Shown piece by piece: positions 16,600-24,357 of a stretch of 24,357 nucleotides of DNA. Location: the NCBI GenBank assembly GCA_964497305.1, contig CAZCEB010000001.1, forward strand, positions 1 to 24,357, written 5' to 3'. The translations under genes and the position numbers were made by a program. The stretch's first letter is position 1, and the number at the start of each line of letters is the position of its first letter. Under the pieces are notes generated by a model. The model saw only the letters and a list, made by a program, of their open reading frames with translations, ran no database searches and was not told where the DNA came from. The stretch comes from an uncultured Muribaculaceae bacterium. GTDB lineage: Bacteria; Bacteroidota; Bacteroidia; Bacteroidales; Muribaculaceae.

Positions 16600-19101
16600 A
16601 TGGATATAAATTTTTCAAATATATTTAAGAATGTAATTGAAAACAGCAAAAAAGAAGCGCAGAACCATAATAGCAAAATAATTGACCCGGAACATCTGCT
16701 TCTTGCATTGTTGTCAACATCTGAATGTAAAGCAGTTGAATTAATAAAACAATCTGTCAAAGATGTTTCTATAGAAGAACTGCGCGTATCATTAAACAAT
16801 GAACTTCCTACTGCATCGAATATTAATGACAGCGAAAACGATGTGGTAATTGGAGATTTAGCCAATCGCATAATAAAGCTAAGTGCGTTAGAAGCAAGAA
16901 TGTTAAAAAACTCAATTGTCGATACAGAACATTTACTTCTGGCATTATTCCATAATAAAGAGGTGCTAAATATGTCATATATGCAAAATTTCACAAACGT
17001 AGGAATATCTTACGATATTTTATACAACAGATTAGTCAATGTCGCTGACACGCCCACGTTTGGCGCTGAATTTACCGATGACGATGAAGATGTCATGGAA
17101 TTTGAACAATCAGAATCTCCAAAAGCGACAAAGACAACCCAAAAGGGAAATGACACTCCTGCATTGGATAAATTTGGTGTTGATTTGACCAAAGCTGCAT
17201 TGGAAAATAAATTAGATGCCGTTATCGGTCGAGACACAGAGATTGAACGATTAGCGCAAATTTTAAGCCGTCGAAAAAAAAATAATCCAGTCCTAATCGG
17301 GGAACCAGGTGTGGGAAAATCCGCAATAGTTGAAGGCTTGGCCCTAAGAATCACACAACGCAACGTTCCTCGAATACTATATGACAAACGAATTATTTCG
17401 TTGGATATGGCATCTATTGTTGCCGGGACAAAATATCGTGGTCAATTTGAAGAACGCATTAAAGCCGTCATAGACGAATTGGCTAAGAACAAAAATATAA
17501 TTCTATTTATCGATGAATTACACACCATTGTAGGTGCTGGAAACGCATCAGGCTCAATGGACGCTGCTAATTTATTAAAACCTGTGTTAGCTCGAGGTGA
17601 ACTTCAATGCATAGGCGCCACAACACTTGATGAATATAGGAAAAATATCGAAAAAGATGGCGCACTCGAACGTCGTTTTCAAAAAATCTTAGTAGAGCCT
17701 ACAACAGCCGAAGAAACTCTTGAGATACTCAAAAATATAAAAGATAAATACGAAGAACACCACAATGTAATATACACTCAAGAAGCCATTGAAGCATGTG
17801 TCAGTTTAACTGCTCGCTACATTAGTGACAGGACATTCCCTGATAAAGCTATTGATGCGATGGATGAAGCTGGCTCTCGTATGCACTTAATGAATCTTTC
17901 CGTACCAAAAGAAATTGAAGATATTGAGAAAAAAATTGAATATGCAAATTCTAAGAAATTAGAAGCCGCACATTCTCAAGACTTTGAAATGGCTGCATCC
18001 TACAGAGACAAAGAACAAATTCTCAAGCACGAATTAAGTCTTGCACAAAAACAATGGGAAGAAGAGATGATTAAACAACGAGAAATCGTTGATGATGAAA
18101 AGGTTGCAGAAGTAATCGCAATGATGACAGGTGTTCCAGTTCAACGAATAGCCCAAGCTGAAGGCAAACGTCTTAGAGAGATGGGAACAATATTGAAAAG
18201 CGCAGTCGTTGGTCAAGATGAGGCTATAACAAAAATAGTCAAAGCAATCCAACGCAATAGAGTAGGTTTAAAAGACCCAAACAAACCGATTGGGACATTT
18301 ATGTTTTTAGGACCTACCGGAGTAGGAAAGACTCATTTGGCAAAAAAATTAGCTGAATATATGTTTGACTCCGTCGATGCTTTGATTCGTGTCGATATGA
18401 GCGAATTTATGGAAAAATTCTCCGTTTCTCGTCTCGTTGGAGCACCTCCGGGATATGTAGGATATGAAGAAGGCGGACAATTGACTGAGAAAGTACGTCG
18501 ACGCCCCTACTCTGTTGTATTGTTAGATGAAATAGAAAAAGCTCATCCCGATACTTTCAATCTATTACTGCAAGTGATGGACGAAGGTCGTTTGACCGAT
18601 AGCCTCGGGCGAAAAGTGGATTTTAAAAATTCAGTTATAATAATGACATCTAACATTGGAACACGTCAACTAAAAGACTTCGGAAGTGGTATTGGATTCA
18701 GCACCAAGACAATCGATAAAGAATACTCACATGGAGTATTAATGAAAGCATTAAACAAAACTTTCTCCCCTGAATTTTTAAATCGAATTGATGATATTGT
18801 AGTATTTGACAATCTCGATCGAGATGCAATATTTAAAATAATAGATATAGAATTAAAAGGATTCTACAATCGCATTAATGAATTGGGATATAAATTAAAT
18901 ATCTCAGACGAAGCTAAAGATTTTATCGCTGAAAAAGGATATGACATTCAATATGGAGCACGCCCTCTTAAACGAGCAATACAAAAATATCTTGAAGATG
19001 AGATTGCCGAATTGATTTTAGATAATACGATAAATCCCGGGAGCGAAATTTTTGTAAATGTGAATGAGAATAAAGACAATATTATTGTTGAAGTAAAATA
19101 A
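16600..19101 (+). CDS. clpC: ATP-dependent Clp protease ATP-binding subunit ClpC
   Basis: Two Clp-N repeats (EHLLLAL twice), Walker A motifs GEPGVGKS and GPTGVGKT, a short UVR-like M domain ([13 protein letters not shown]), ClpP-docking GIGF and GARPLKR. Confidence 0.93.
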   Translation: MDINFSNIFKNVIENSKKEAQNHNSKIIDPEHLLLALLSTSECKAVELIKQSVKDVSIEELRVSLNNELPTASNINDSENDVVIGDLANRIIKLSALEARMLKNSIVDTEHLLLALFHNKEVLNMSYMQNFTNVGISYDILYNRLVNVADTPTFGAEFTDDDEDVMEFEQSESPKATKTTQKGNDTPALDKFGVDLTKAALENKLDAVIGRDTEIERLAQILSRRKKNNPVLIGEPGVGKSAIVEGLALRITQRNVPRILYDKRIISLDMASIVAGTKYRGQFEERIKAVIDELAKNKNIILFIDELHTIVGAGNASGSMDAANLLKPVLARGELQCIGATTLDEYRKNIEKDGALERRFQKILVEPTTAEETLEILKNIKDKYEEHHNVIYTQEAIEACVSLTARYISDRTFPDKAIDAMDEAGSRMHLMNLSVPKEIEDIEKKIEYANSKKLEAAHSQDFEMAASYRDKEQILKHELSLAQKQWEEEMIKQREIVDDEKVAEVIAMMTGVPVQRIAQAEGKRLREMGTILKSAVVGQDEAITKIVKAIQRNRVGLKDPNKPIGTFMFLGPTGVGKTHLAKKLAEYMFDSVDALIRVDMSEFMEKFSVSRLVGAPPGYVGYEEGGQLTEKVRRRPYSVVLLDEIEKAHPDTFNLLLQVMDEGRLTDSLGRKVDFKNSVIIMTSNIGTRQLKDFGSGIGFSTKTIDKEYSHGVLMKALNKTFSPEFLNRIDDIVVFDNLDRDAIFKIIDIELKGFYNRINELGYKLNISDEAKDFIAEKGYDIQYGARPLKRAIQKYLEDEIAELILDNTINPGSEIFVNVNENKDNIIVEVK

Positions 19102-19119
19102 TAAAAAACATATAAAGAC

Positions 19120-21141
19120 ATGCAAAAAGGAACAATTGGAGTAACCACCGAAAACATTTTTCCGGTCATCAAAAAATTCTTATATAGTGATCATGAAATT
19201 TTCCTTCGTGAATTAGTTTCAAACGCAATTGATGCAACACAAAAATTAAAAACATTAGCTTCTGTTGGAGAAATTAAAGGTGAACTTGGCGAACTTAATG
19301 TAAAAGTTTCGGTTAATAAAGACAAAGGGACTCTTACTGTGAGCGATTGCGGTATAGGCATGACAAGCGAGGATATTGATAAATACATTAATCAAATTGC
19401 GTTTTCAGGAGCTGAAGAATTTTTGGCAAAATATAAAGATAGTGCCAATTCTATCATAGGACATTTCGGTCTTGGATTTTATTCGGCTTTCATGGTCGCA
19501 AAGAAGGTTGAAATTCATTCTCTTTCGTATAAAGAGGGAGCTAAAGCTGTCAAATGGTCATGTGATGGCTCTCCGGAATACACAATGGAAGAATGTAAAA
19601 AAACTAATCGTGGAACCGACATTGTATTGTATATAGATGATGAAAATAAAGATTTTCTTGAACAATCAAGAATTGATGGTTTGCTGAAAAAATATTGCCG
19701 TTTCTTGCCTGTACCTGTAATTTCGGGGAAAGAACAAGAATGGAAAGAGGGTAAATATGTTGATACCGACAAGGATAAAGTCATTAATGTTACGGATCCT
19801 GCTTGGATGAAAAAGCCTGCTGACCTAACAAAAGAAGACTACTTAAATTTTTATCATGACCTATATCCCGGTCAAGAAGATCCCCTATTCTGGATTCATC
19901 TAAATGTAGATTATCCATTTACATTAACAGGAATACTATATTTCCCTAAAATCAAAAACAATTTTGAAATAAATAAAAATCGCATTCAATTATATTGCAA
20001 CCAAGTGTTTGTAACAGATTCTGTTGAAGGCGTTGTCCCTGAATTCTTGATGTTGTTGCAAGGAGTTATAGACTCTCCCGACATTCCATTGAATGTATCT
20101 CGTTCATATCTCCAAAGTGATGCCGCTGTTAAGAAAATATCTACTTATATCACTAAAAAAGTTTCTGCTCGCCTTGAAGAAATTTTTAAATCAGATAGAG
20201 CCGAGTATGAAAACAAATGGGACGATATCAAAATATTTATTGAATATGGCATGCTGACAGAACAAAAATTCTGTGAATCAGCAATGAAATTTGTATTATT
20301 AAGCAATACCGATGGTAAACATTTTACACTTGATGAATACAAAACGCTCATTGAGTCAGAACAAACTGACAAAGATGGAAATCTGATATATCTTTATGCA
20401 ACAGATGCAATCGCTCAATACAACTACATCAATTCAGCCAAAGAAAAAGGATATGATGTATTATTAATGGATGGGCAATTGGACAGCCACTTTATTGGAT
20501 TACTCGAAAGTAAATTAGAAAAGTCTCAATTTGTCAGAGTTGACAGCGATGTCATAGGAAATCTAATTAAAAAAGACACAAAGAAAGAGGTTACTTTATC
20601 TCAATTACAACGAGAGATATTGACAACTGAATTCCGTTCACAAATACCTCAAATAGAAAAATGTGAATTCTTAGTATCATTTGAGGCTATGAGCGAAACA
20701 GAAGCTCCATTGGTTATCACTCAAGGTGAATACATGCGTCGCATGAAAGAAATGGCAGCAATGCAACCTGGGATGAGCTTTTATGGTGAACTTCCTGATA
20801 ATTACAATATAATTGTCAATACCGAGCATCCATTGATAATTAAAATTCTAAATGATGCCGATGCAAATATTGCAGCAGAAATATCACCCATCGCAGAATC
20901 TATTTCAGCTAAAAATAATCAAATATCGGAATCTAAGAAAGACAATAAAGAAACCGATGAAGCTAAAAAATTGGAAGCAGAAATTTCAGAATTGCGAAAT
21001 AAGCAAGAGAAATTAATTGCTGAATATGCTTCAAAACAGACTATTGTTAAACAATTAATAGATTTGGCGTTATTGGGCAACGGTTTATTAAAAGGGGAAG
21101 CATTGAGTTCATTTATAAAACGATCGGTTGATCTGCTCTAA
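19120..21141 (+). CDS. htpG: molecular chaperone HtpG (Hsp90)
   Basis: LYSDHEIFLRELVSNAIDA, DCGIGMT, IGHFGLGFYSAF and DIPLNVSRSYLQ. Confidence 0.98.
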   Translation: MQKGTIGVTTENIFPVIKKFLYSDHEIFLRELVSNAIDATQKLKTLASVGEIKGELGELNVKVSVNKDKGTLTVSDCGIGMTSEDIDKYINQIAFSGAEEFLAKYKDSANSIIGHFGLGFYSAFMVAKKVEIHSLSYKEGAKAVKWSCDGSPEYTMEECKKTNRGTDIVLYIDDENKDFLEQSRIDGLLKKYCRFLPVPVISGKEQEWKEGKYVDTDKDKVINVTDPAWMKKPADLTKEDYLNFYHDLYPGQEDPLFWIHLNVDYPFTLTGILYFPKIKNNFEINKNRIQLYCNQVFVTDSVEGVVPEFLMLLQGVIDSPDIPLNVSRSYLQSDAAVKKISTYITKKVSARLEEIFKSDRAEYENKWDDIKIFIEYGMLTEQKFCESAMKFVLLSNTDGKHFTLDEYKTLIESEQTDKDGNLIYLYATDAIAQYNYINSAKEKGYDVLLMDGQLDSHFIGLLESKLEKSQFVRVDSDVIGNLIKKDTKKEVTLSQLQREILTTEFRSQIPQIEKCEFLVSFEAMSETEAPLVITQGEYMRRMKEMAAMQPGMSFYGELPDNYNIIVNTEHPLIIKILNDADANIAAEISPIAESISAKNNQISESKKDNKETDEAKKLEAEISELRNKQEKLIAEYASKQTIVKQLIDLALLGNGLLKGEALSSFIKRSVDLL

Positions 21142-21155
21142 TATTTATTCAGATA

Positions 21156-21199
21156 AAAAACACAAAGAGGTTGCATTTTTGCAACCTCTTTGTGTTTTT
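21156..21199. terminator. strong bidirectional intrinsic terminator
   Basis: AAAAACACAAAGAGGTTGCA-tttt-TGCAACCTCTTTGTGTTTTT is a perfect 20-bp inverted repeat between convergent genes. Confidence 0.92.
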
Positions 21200-21217
21200 C
21201 ACGTTTAAGAATAAGCT

Positions 21218-21439
21218 TTATATGTGAACATTTTGAGAAGACATGTATTTCATTGAATCCTGTTTTATATAAAACCTTATAATAGAATATAACATCTCTT
21301 GAACGGGTGATAACGTTTTTTTCTGATGACAATCCAAAATCAATTCATTTATTAAAGCACTCGTTATCGCAGCTTGTTCATCAAGTGGCAATGATTTTAT
21401 GGTATTAATCACGTGAGAAGTTATTAGAATAGGTTCCAT
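21218..21439 (-). CDS. small hypothetical protein (73 aa), DUF6291-like pattern
   Basis: ATG 21439 (MEPILITSH..) has its own -7 promoter upstream and a terminator downstream, and the sequence shows an amphipathic helical pattern. The GTG start at 21466 overlaps the promoter element. Confidence 0.7.
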   Translation of the reverse strand: MEPILITSHVINTIKSLPLDEQAAITSALINELILDCHQKKTLSPVQEMLYSIIRFYIKQDSMKYMSSQNVHI

Positions 21440-21463
21440 TATTAATTGGTTTTGATTTCGACA

Positions 21464-21471
21464 CAAATTTA
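21464..21471 (-). promoter_or_regulatory. -7 promoter element (TAAATTTG) for the 73-aa gene
   Basis: TAnnTTTG match about 25 bp upstream of ATG 21439. Confidence 0.65.
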
Positions 21472-21600
21472 CCTCTATACCTAGGCAAGAAAATAGGGCA
21501 TATAGTGTTAAATAACGATAAAATTGAAATATCCTCAGTTTTTTATCTTTAGTGTTAACAAAAGAATATTCGTTTATTATCTCTAATAAAATGCTAAATA

Positions 21601-21632
21601 TTTGCTCATTTATATTGCGTTTATTATTTTTG
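21601..21632 (+). promoter_or_regulatory. full-consensus housekeeping promoter for the 77-aa gene-aguA-aguB operon
   Basis: TTTG (21601-21604), a 20-nt spacer, then TATTTTTG (21625-21632). Confidence 0.8.
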
Positions 21633-21663
21633 GACTAAATTATTAGCATTAAATCATAATAGC

Positions 21664-21897
21664 ATGAAGGATATAACACAATTGTTCAACTCTCTCCTAC
21701 AACAATATGACAGTATTGATATTGCTGAAGCTGAATTTAAAAAGCAATTGCATGAAGATGAAGAATTGCAAGAAGAATATAGCGAATGGTGTCATGCTGT
21801 CGGGAGTACTGAAAAAAGAGGATTTCTTGATTATTGTGAAGAATATATCGATTCACAAAATTCAATATGGGACTCATTAAAAGATTTTGATGAATAA
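21664..21897 (+). CDS. small acidic hypothetical protein (77 aa)
   Basis: ATG-started ORF just after a consensus promoter and 10 bp before aguA. 21 Asp/Glu versus 6 Lys/Arg. Confidence 0.8.
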   Translation: MKDITQLFNSLLQQYDSIDIAEAEFKKQLHEDEELQEEYSEWCHAVGSTEKRGFLDYCEEYIDSQNSIWDSLKDFDE

Positions 21898-21907
21898 TAA
21901 TTGAAAG

Positions 21908-22945
21908 ATGAATAACAATTGTTTATGTTACCTACCGGCAGAGTGGGAATCCACAGGTGCGATATTACTATCATGGCCTCATTGCAACACCGATTGGAAT
22001 TACATGCTTGAAGAAGTAACAGAATGCTTTGTAAATCTTGTTACAGAGATAATAAAAGAGGAAAAAGTCATAATTGTTGCCCCTGATGTGAATATACCCC
22101 AAAAACAATTAGCACATTTGGACAATACAAATATACATTATTATTCTGTCCCTACAAATGACACATGGGCTCGTGATTTCGGACCAATAACAACTATAGA
22201 GAATGGAGAGTTTGTTATTCATGATTTTCAATTCAATGGATGGGGACTCAAGTTTGTATCATGTCATGACAACATGATTTCTCAATCAATTATAAAAGCG
22301 GGAATACTAAATGGTCGCTACAAAAATAATTTAGGCTTTACACTTGAAGGTGGTTCAATCGAAAGTGATGGCAAAGGTCTGATGTTAACAACATCAGAAT
22401 GCTTATTGTCATTGAATCGGAATGGAGATATGGCAAAATCTGAAATAGAAGCATATCTATCTTGCGAGTTAGGATTAAAAAAAATCTTATGGCTTGATTA
22501 CGGATATCTGGCAGGTGATGATACCGACAGCCACATTGATACACTCGCACGCCTTGCACCTAAGGATACTATCGTATATGTCGGTTGTAATGATGAAACT
22601 GACGAACATTATTCTGCATTAAACATGATGAAACAACAATTGAAAGAGTTTACAACCCTTGATGGAACTTCTTTCAATCTTGTCGAGTTACCATTCCCCA
22701 ATGCAGTATATGACGAGGATGGCAAACGTTTACCAGCAACATATGCCAATTTCCTAATAATGAAGAACACCGTTTTAATGCCATCATATAATCAACCCGG
22801 AAATGACAATCTTGCAATATCACAATTACAGAAAGCCTTTCCTAATTATAAAATTGTGGCTGTCGACTGTAGGGCATTAATAAAACAGCATGGCTCACTA
22901 CATTGTGTAACCATGCAATTACCCCAAGAAATATTAGCAATATGA
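21908..22945 (+). CDS. aguA: agmatine deiminase family protein
   Basis: LPAEWE..WPH, DTWARDFGP, FNGWGLK, LEGGSIESDG, GDDTDSHID, ATYANF and catalytic GSLHCVTMQ. Confidence 0.88.
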   Translation: MNNNCLCYLPAEWESTGAILLSWPHCNTDWNYMLEEVTECFVNLVTEIIKEEKVIIVAPDVNIPQKQLAHLDNTNIHYYSVPTNDTWARDFGPITTIENGEFVIHDFQFNGWGLKFVSCHDNMISQSIIKAGILNGRYKNNLGFTLEGGSIESDGKGLMLTTSECLLSLNRNGDMAKSEIEAYLSCELGLKKILWLDYGYLAGDDTDSHIDTLARLAPKDTIVYVGCNDETDEHYSALNMMKQQLKEFTTLDGTSFNLVELPFPNAVYDEDGKRLPATYANFLIMKNTVLMPSYNQPGNDNLAISQLQKAFPNYKIVAVDCRALIKQHGSLHCVTMQLPQEILAI

Positions 22946-23829
22946 ATAGAACAATAAAAGTTGGTATTATACAACAACAAAACACATCTTCAATAGATGA
23001 TAATCGCAATCGATTGATCGAAAAAATGAGACAATTGGCAGTCGATGGAGCACAACTCATCGTAAACCAGGAATTGCACGATTCACTTTATTTTTGTCAA
23101 GTTGAATCAACAGATGAATGTAACCTTGCGATACCCATCCCATCCACTATTACTGATACTTATGCCAAATTAGCAAAAGAATTGGGAGTTGTTATTGTAA
23201 CATCACTATTTGAACGGAGAGCTCCAGGATTATATCACAATACAGCAGTTGTATTTGAAAAAGATGGGACTATTGCCGGAAAATATCGCAAGATGCACAT
23301 TCCCGATGATCCAGCCTACTATGAAAAATTTTATTTTACGCCTGGTGATTTAGGCTTTGAGCCTATTGACACATCCATTGGACGTCTTGGTGTGTTGGTG
23401 TGTTGGGACCAATGGTATCCTGAGGCAGCTCGATTGATGACTTTGCGAGGAGCAGAGTTGCTCATCTACCCTACTGCTATCGGCTGGGAAAGTTCCGATA
23501 CCACAGAGGAACAAGCTCGCCAACGAGAAGCATGGATCACGATACAACGCGCTCATGCTGTAGCCAACGGATTACCTGTCGTTTCGGTTAACCGCGTAGG
23601 ACATGAGCCTGATCCATCAAGAATGACCAATGGCATTAAATTTTGGGGAAGCAGTTTTGTTGCAGGACCACAAGGCGAATTTTTGTTCCAAGCCCCTATT
23701 GATACAGAAATAGAAAAGATTATAGAAATAGATATGACTCGTTCAGAGCATGTGCGCCGTTGGTGGCCATTTTTGCGCGATAGACGCATTGATGCCTATT
23801 CAGGATTAACAAAACGATTTTTAGACTAA
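22942..23829 (+). CDS. aguB: carbon-nitrogen hydrolase, probable N-carbamoylputrescine amidase
   Basis: Nitrilase triad QELH / YRKMHIPDDP.YYEKFYF.PGD / VCWDQWYPEAAR and WPFLRDRR. ATGA overlap with the aguA stop fixes the start at 22942. Confidence 0.85.
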   Translation: MNRTIKVGIIQQQNTSSIDDNRNRLIEKMRQLAVDGAQLIVNQELHDSLYFCQVESTDECNLAIPIPSTITDTYAKLAKELGVVIVTSLFERRAPGLYHNTAVVFEKDGTIAGKYRKMHIPDDPAYYEKFYFTPGDLGFEPIDTSIGRLGVLVCWDQWYPEAARLMTLRGAELLIYPTAIGWESSDTTEEQARQREAWITIQRAHAVANGLPVVSVNRVGHEPDPSRMTNGIKFWGSSFVAGPQGEFLFQAPIDTEIEKIIEIDMTRSEHVRRWWPFLRDRRIDAYSGLTKRFLD

Positions 23830-23848
23830 GAAAAATAGTCTTTACCTT

Positions 23849-23886
23849 AAAAAAAAGCCGATGACATATGCCATCGGCTCATTTTT
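23849..23886. terminator. intrinsic terminator after rpsP (minus strand), probably also serving aguB
   Basis: Minus strand AGCCGATGGCATATGTCATCGGCT hairpin followed by T8. On the plus strand it is followed by CATTTTT. Confidence 0.85.
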
Positions 23887-23914
23887 CGCAACGTAAATTG
23901 CGTGTAAGTTAGAA

Positions 23915-24357
23915 TTATTCTGCGCTTTCTTCAGCAGCAGGAGCTTCTTCAGCTGTTTCTTCTGCGTTAGCAGCGGCTTCAGCTTCAGCAGCAGCGGCAG
24001 CAAGTTCAGCTTTTTTCTTAGCCACGATTTCGGCTTTAGCTTTGTTCTTAGCTTGCTCTTCTTCCATGCGCTTTTTAGCAGCTTCTTCTTTCTTGCTATT
24101 TTCAGCAGCTTTGAATGCGCTTACAGATGCGTCTTTTTGTGCTTTCCAAGCATCAAAACGACGTTGAGCTTCAGCTTCATCAAATGCTCCTTTTTTAACA
24201 CCACCTTGGAGGTGTTTCATCAACAATACACCTTCATTTGAAAGGATATTGCGTACTGTGTCGGTTGGTTGTGCTCCACAGTTAACCCAATACAAAGCCC
24301 GTTCGAAGTTCAATGTTATTGTAGCAGGATTAGTGTTAGGATTATAAGAACCTATCC
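23915..24357 (-). CDS. rpsP: 30S ribosomal protein S16 with Bacteroidota-type C-terminal extension (5' part outside the window)
   Basis: The frame stays open to the window edge: [39 protein letters not shown], then [11 protein letters not shown] and an Ala/Glu/Lys-rich tail. Confidence 0.95.
   Translation of the reverse strand, partial: IGSYNPNTNPATITLNFERALYWVNCGAQPTDTVRNILSNEGVLLMKHLQGGVKKGAFDEAEAQRRFDAWKAQKDASVSAFKAAENSKKEEAAKKRMEEEQAKNKAKAEIVAKKKAELAAAAAEAEAAANAEETAEEAPAAEESAE

Noticed and set aside
16600..19101. Possibility of ClpB or ClpA
   Set aside because: A short UVR-type middle domain plus the IGF loop fit ClpC. ClpB has a long M domain and no IGF loop, and ClpA lacks the M domain.
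21156..21199. 20-bp perfect inverted repeat as a MITE/IS end or REP element
   Set aside because: It is single copy, with no target duplication or transposase, and its position and A/T tails fit a bidirectional terminator.
16445..21558. GTGTTAA(ATA) seen near the gyrA promoter and twice in the 21440-21663 intergenic region
   Set aside because: It is a short AT-rich word without consistent position or symmetry, so I cannot distinguish it from chance within this window.
22903..22941. Upstream start for the C-N hydrolase
   Set aside because: It lies inside aguA. The ATGA-coupled start at 22942 matches the family N-terminus (IKVGIIQQ).
21908..22945. Porphyromonas-type secreted peptidylarginine deiminase
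   Set aside because: It has no signal peptide or C-terminal secretion domain, is only 345 aa, and is coupled to a C-N hydrolase.
1179..24241. Numerous 60-151 aa ORFs antisense to or overlapping real genes (e.g. 1661-1945, 3876-4322, 7589-7945, 11576-11941, 16539-16994, 17010-17387)
   Set aside because: They are shadow frames of well-supported genes with no recognisable motifs or independent expression signals.

Overview
This is an AT-rich chromosomal core region of a Bacteroidota/Bacteroidales bacterium. The taxonomy is inferred from gene order, TAnnTTTG housekeeping promoters, A-rich Shine-Dalgarno-less starts and the extended S16; it may be Muribaculaceae-related. Gene order: recN 3' end, rlmB, purT (+); FadL/OmpP1-like barrel and an exported low-complexity protein (-); hdeD-like (-) divergent from a dcaP-like porin (+); rplY-pth-hslR (+); folE, SPOR, tpiA, DoxX/MauE-like, DUF1599, TPR, gyrA (all -); clpC-htpG (+); two small divergent hypothetical genes; aguA-aguB (+); rpsP 3' part (-). 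I saw no mobile element, CRISPR array, tRNA/rRNA or pseudogene, and I cannot demonstrate a wholly new system here. The best leads are: a consensus sigma54 (-24/-12) promoter before clpC-htpG; an L25 with a ~25-aa insertion, loss of a conserved Tyr and a structured leader; an exported Trp/Tyr-rich + RGG-rich disordered protein paired with a FadL-like barrel; a stand-alone DUF6291-like small protein opposite a very acidic small protein heading the agu operon; a tandem DUF1599 protein near folE; and a deviant GyrA KKSAR/QRDR segment. All family assignments come from motif recognition by eye, not from database searches.
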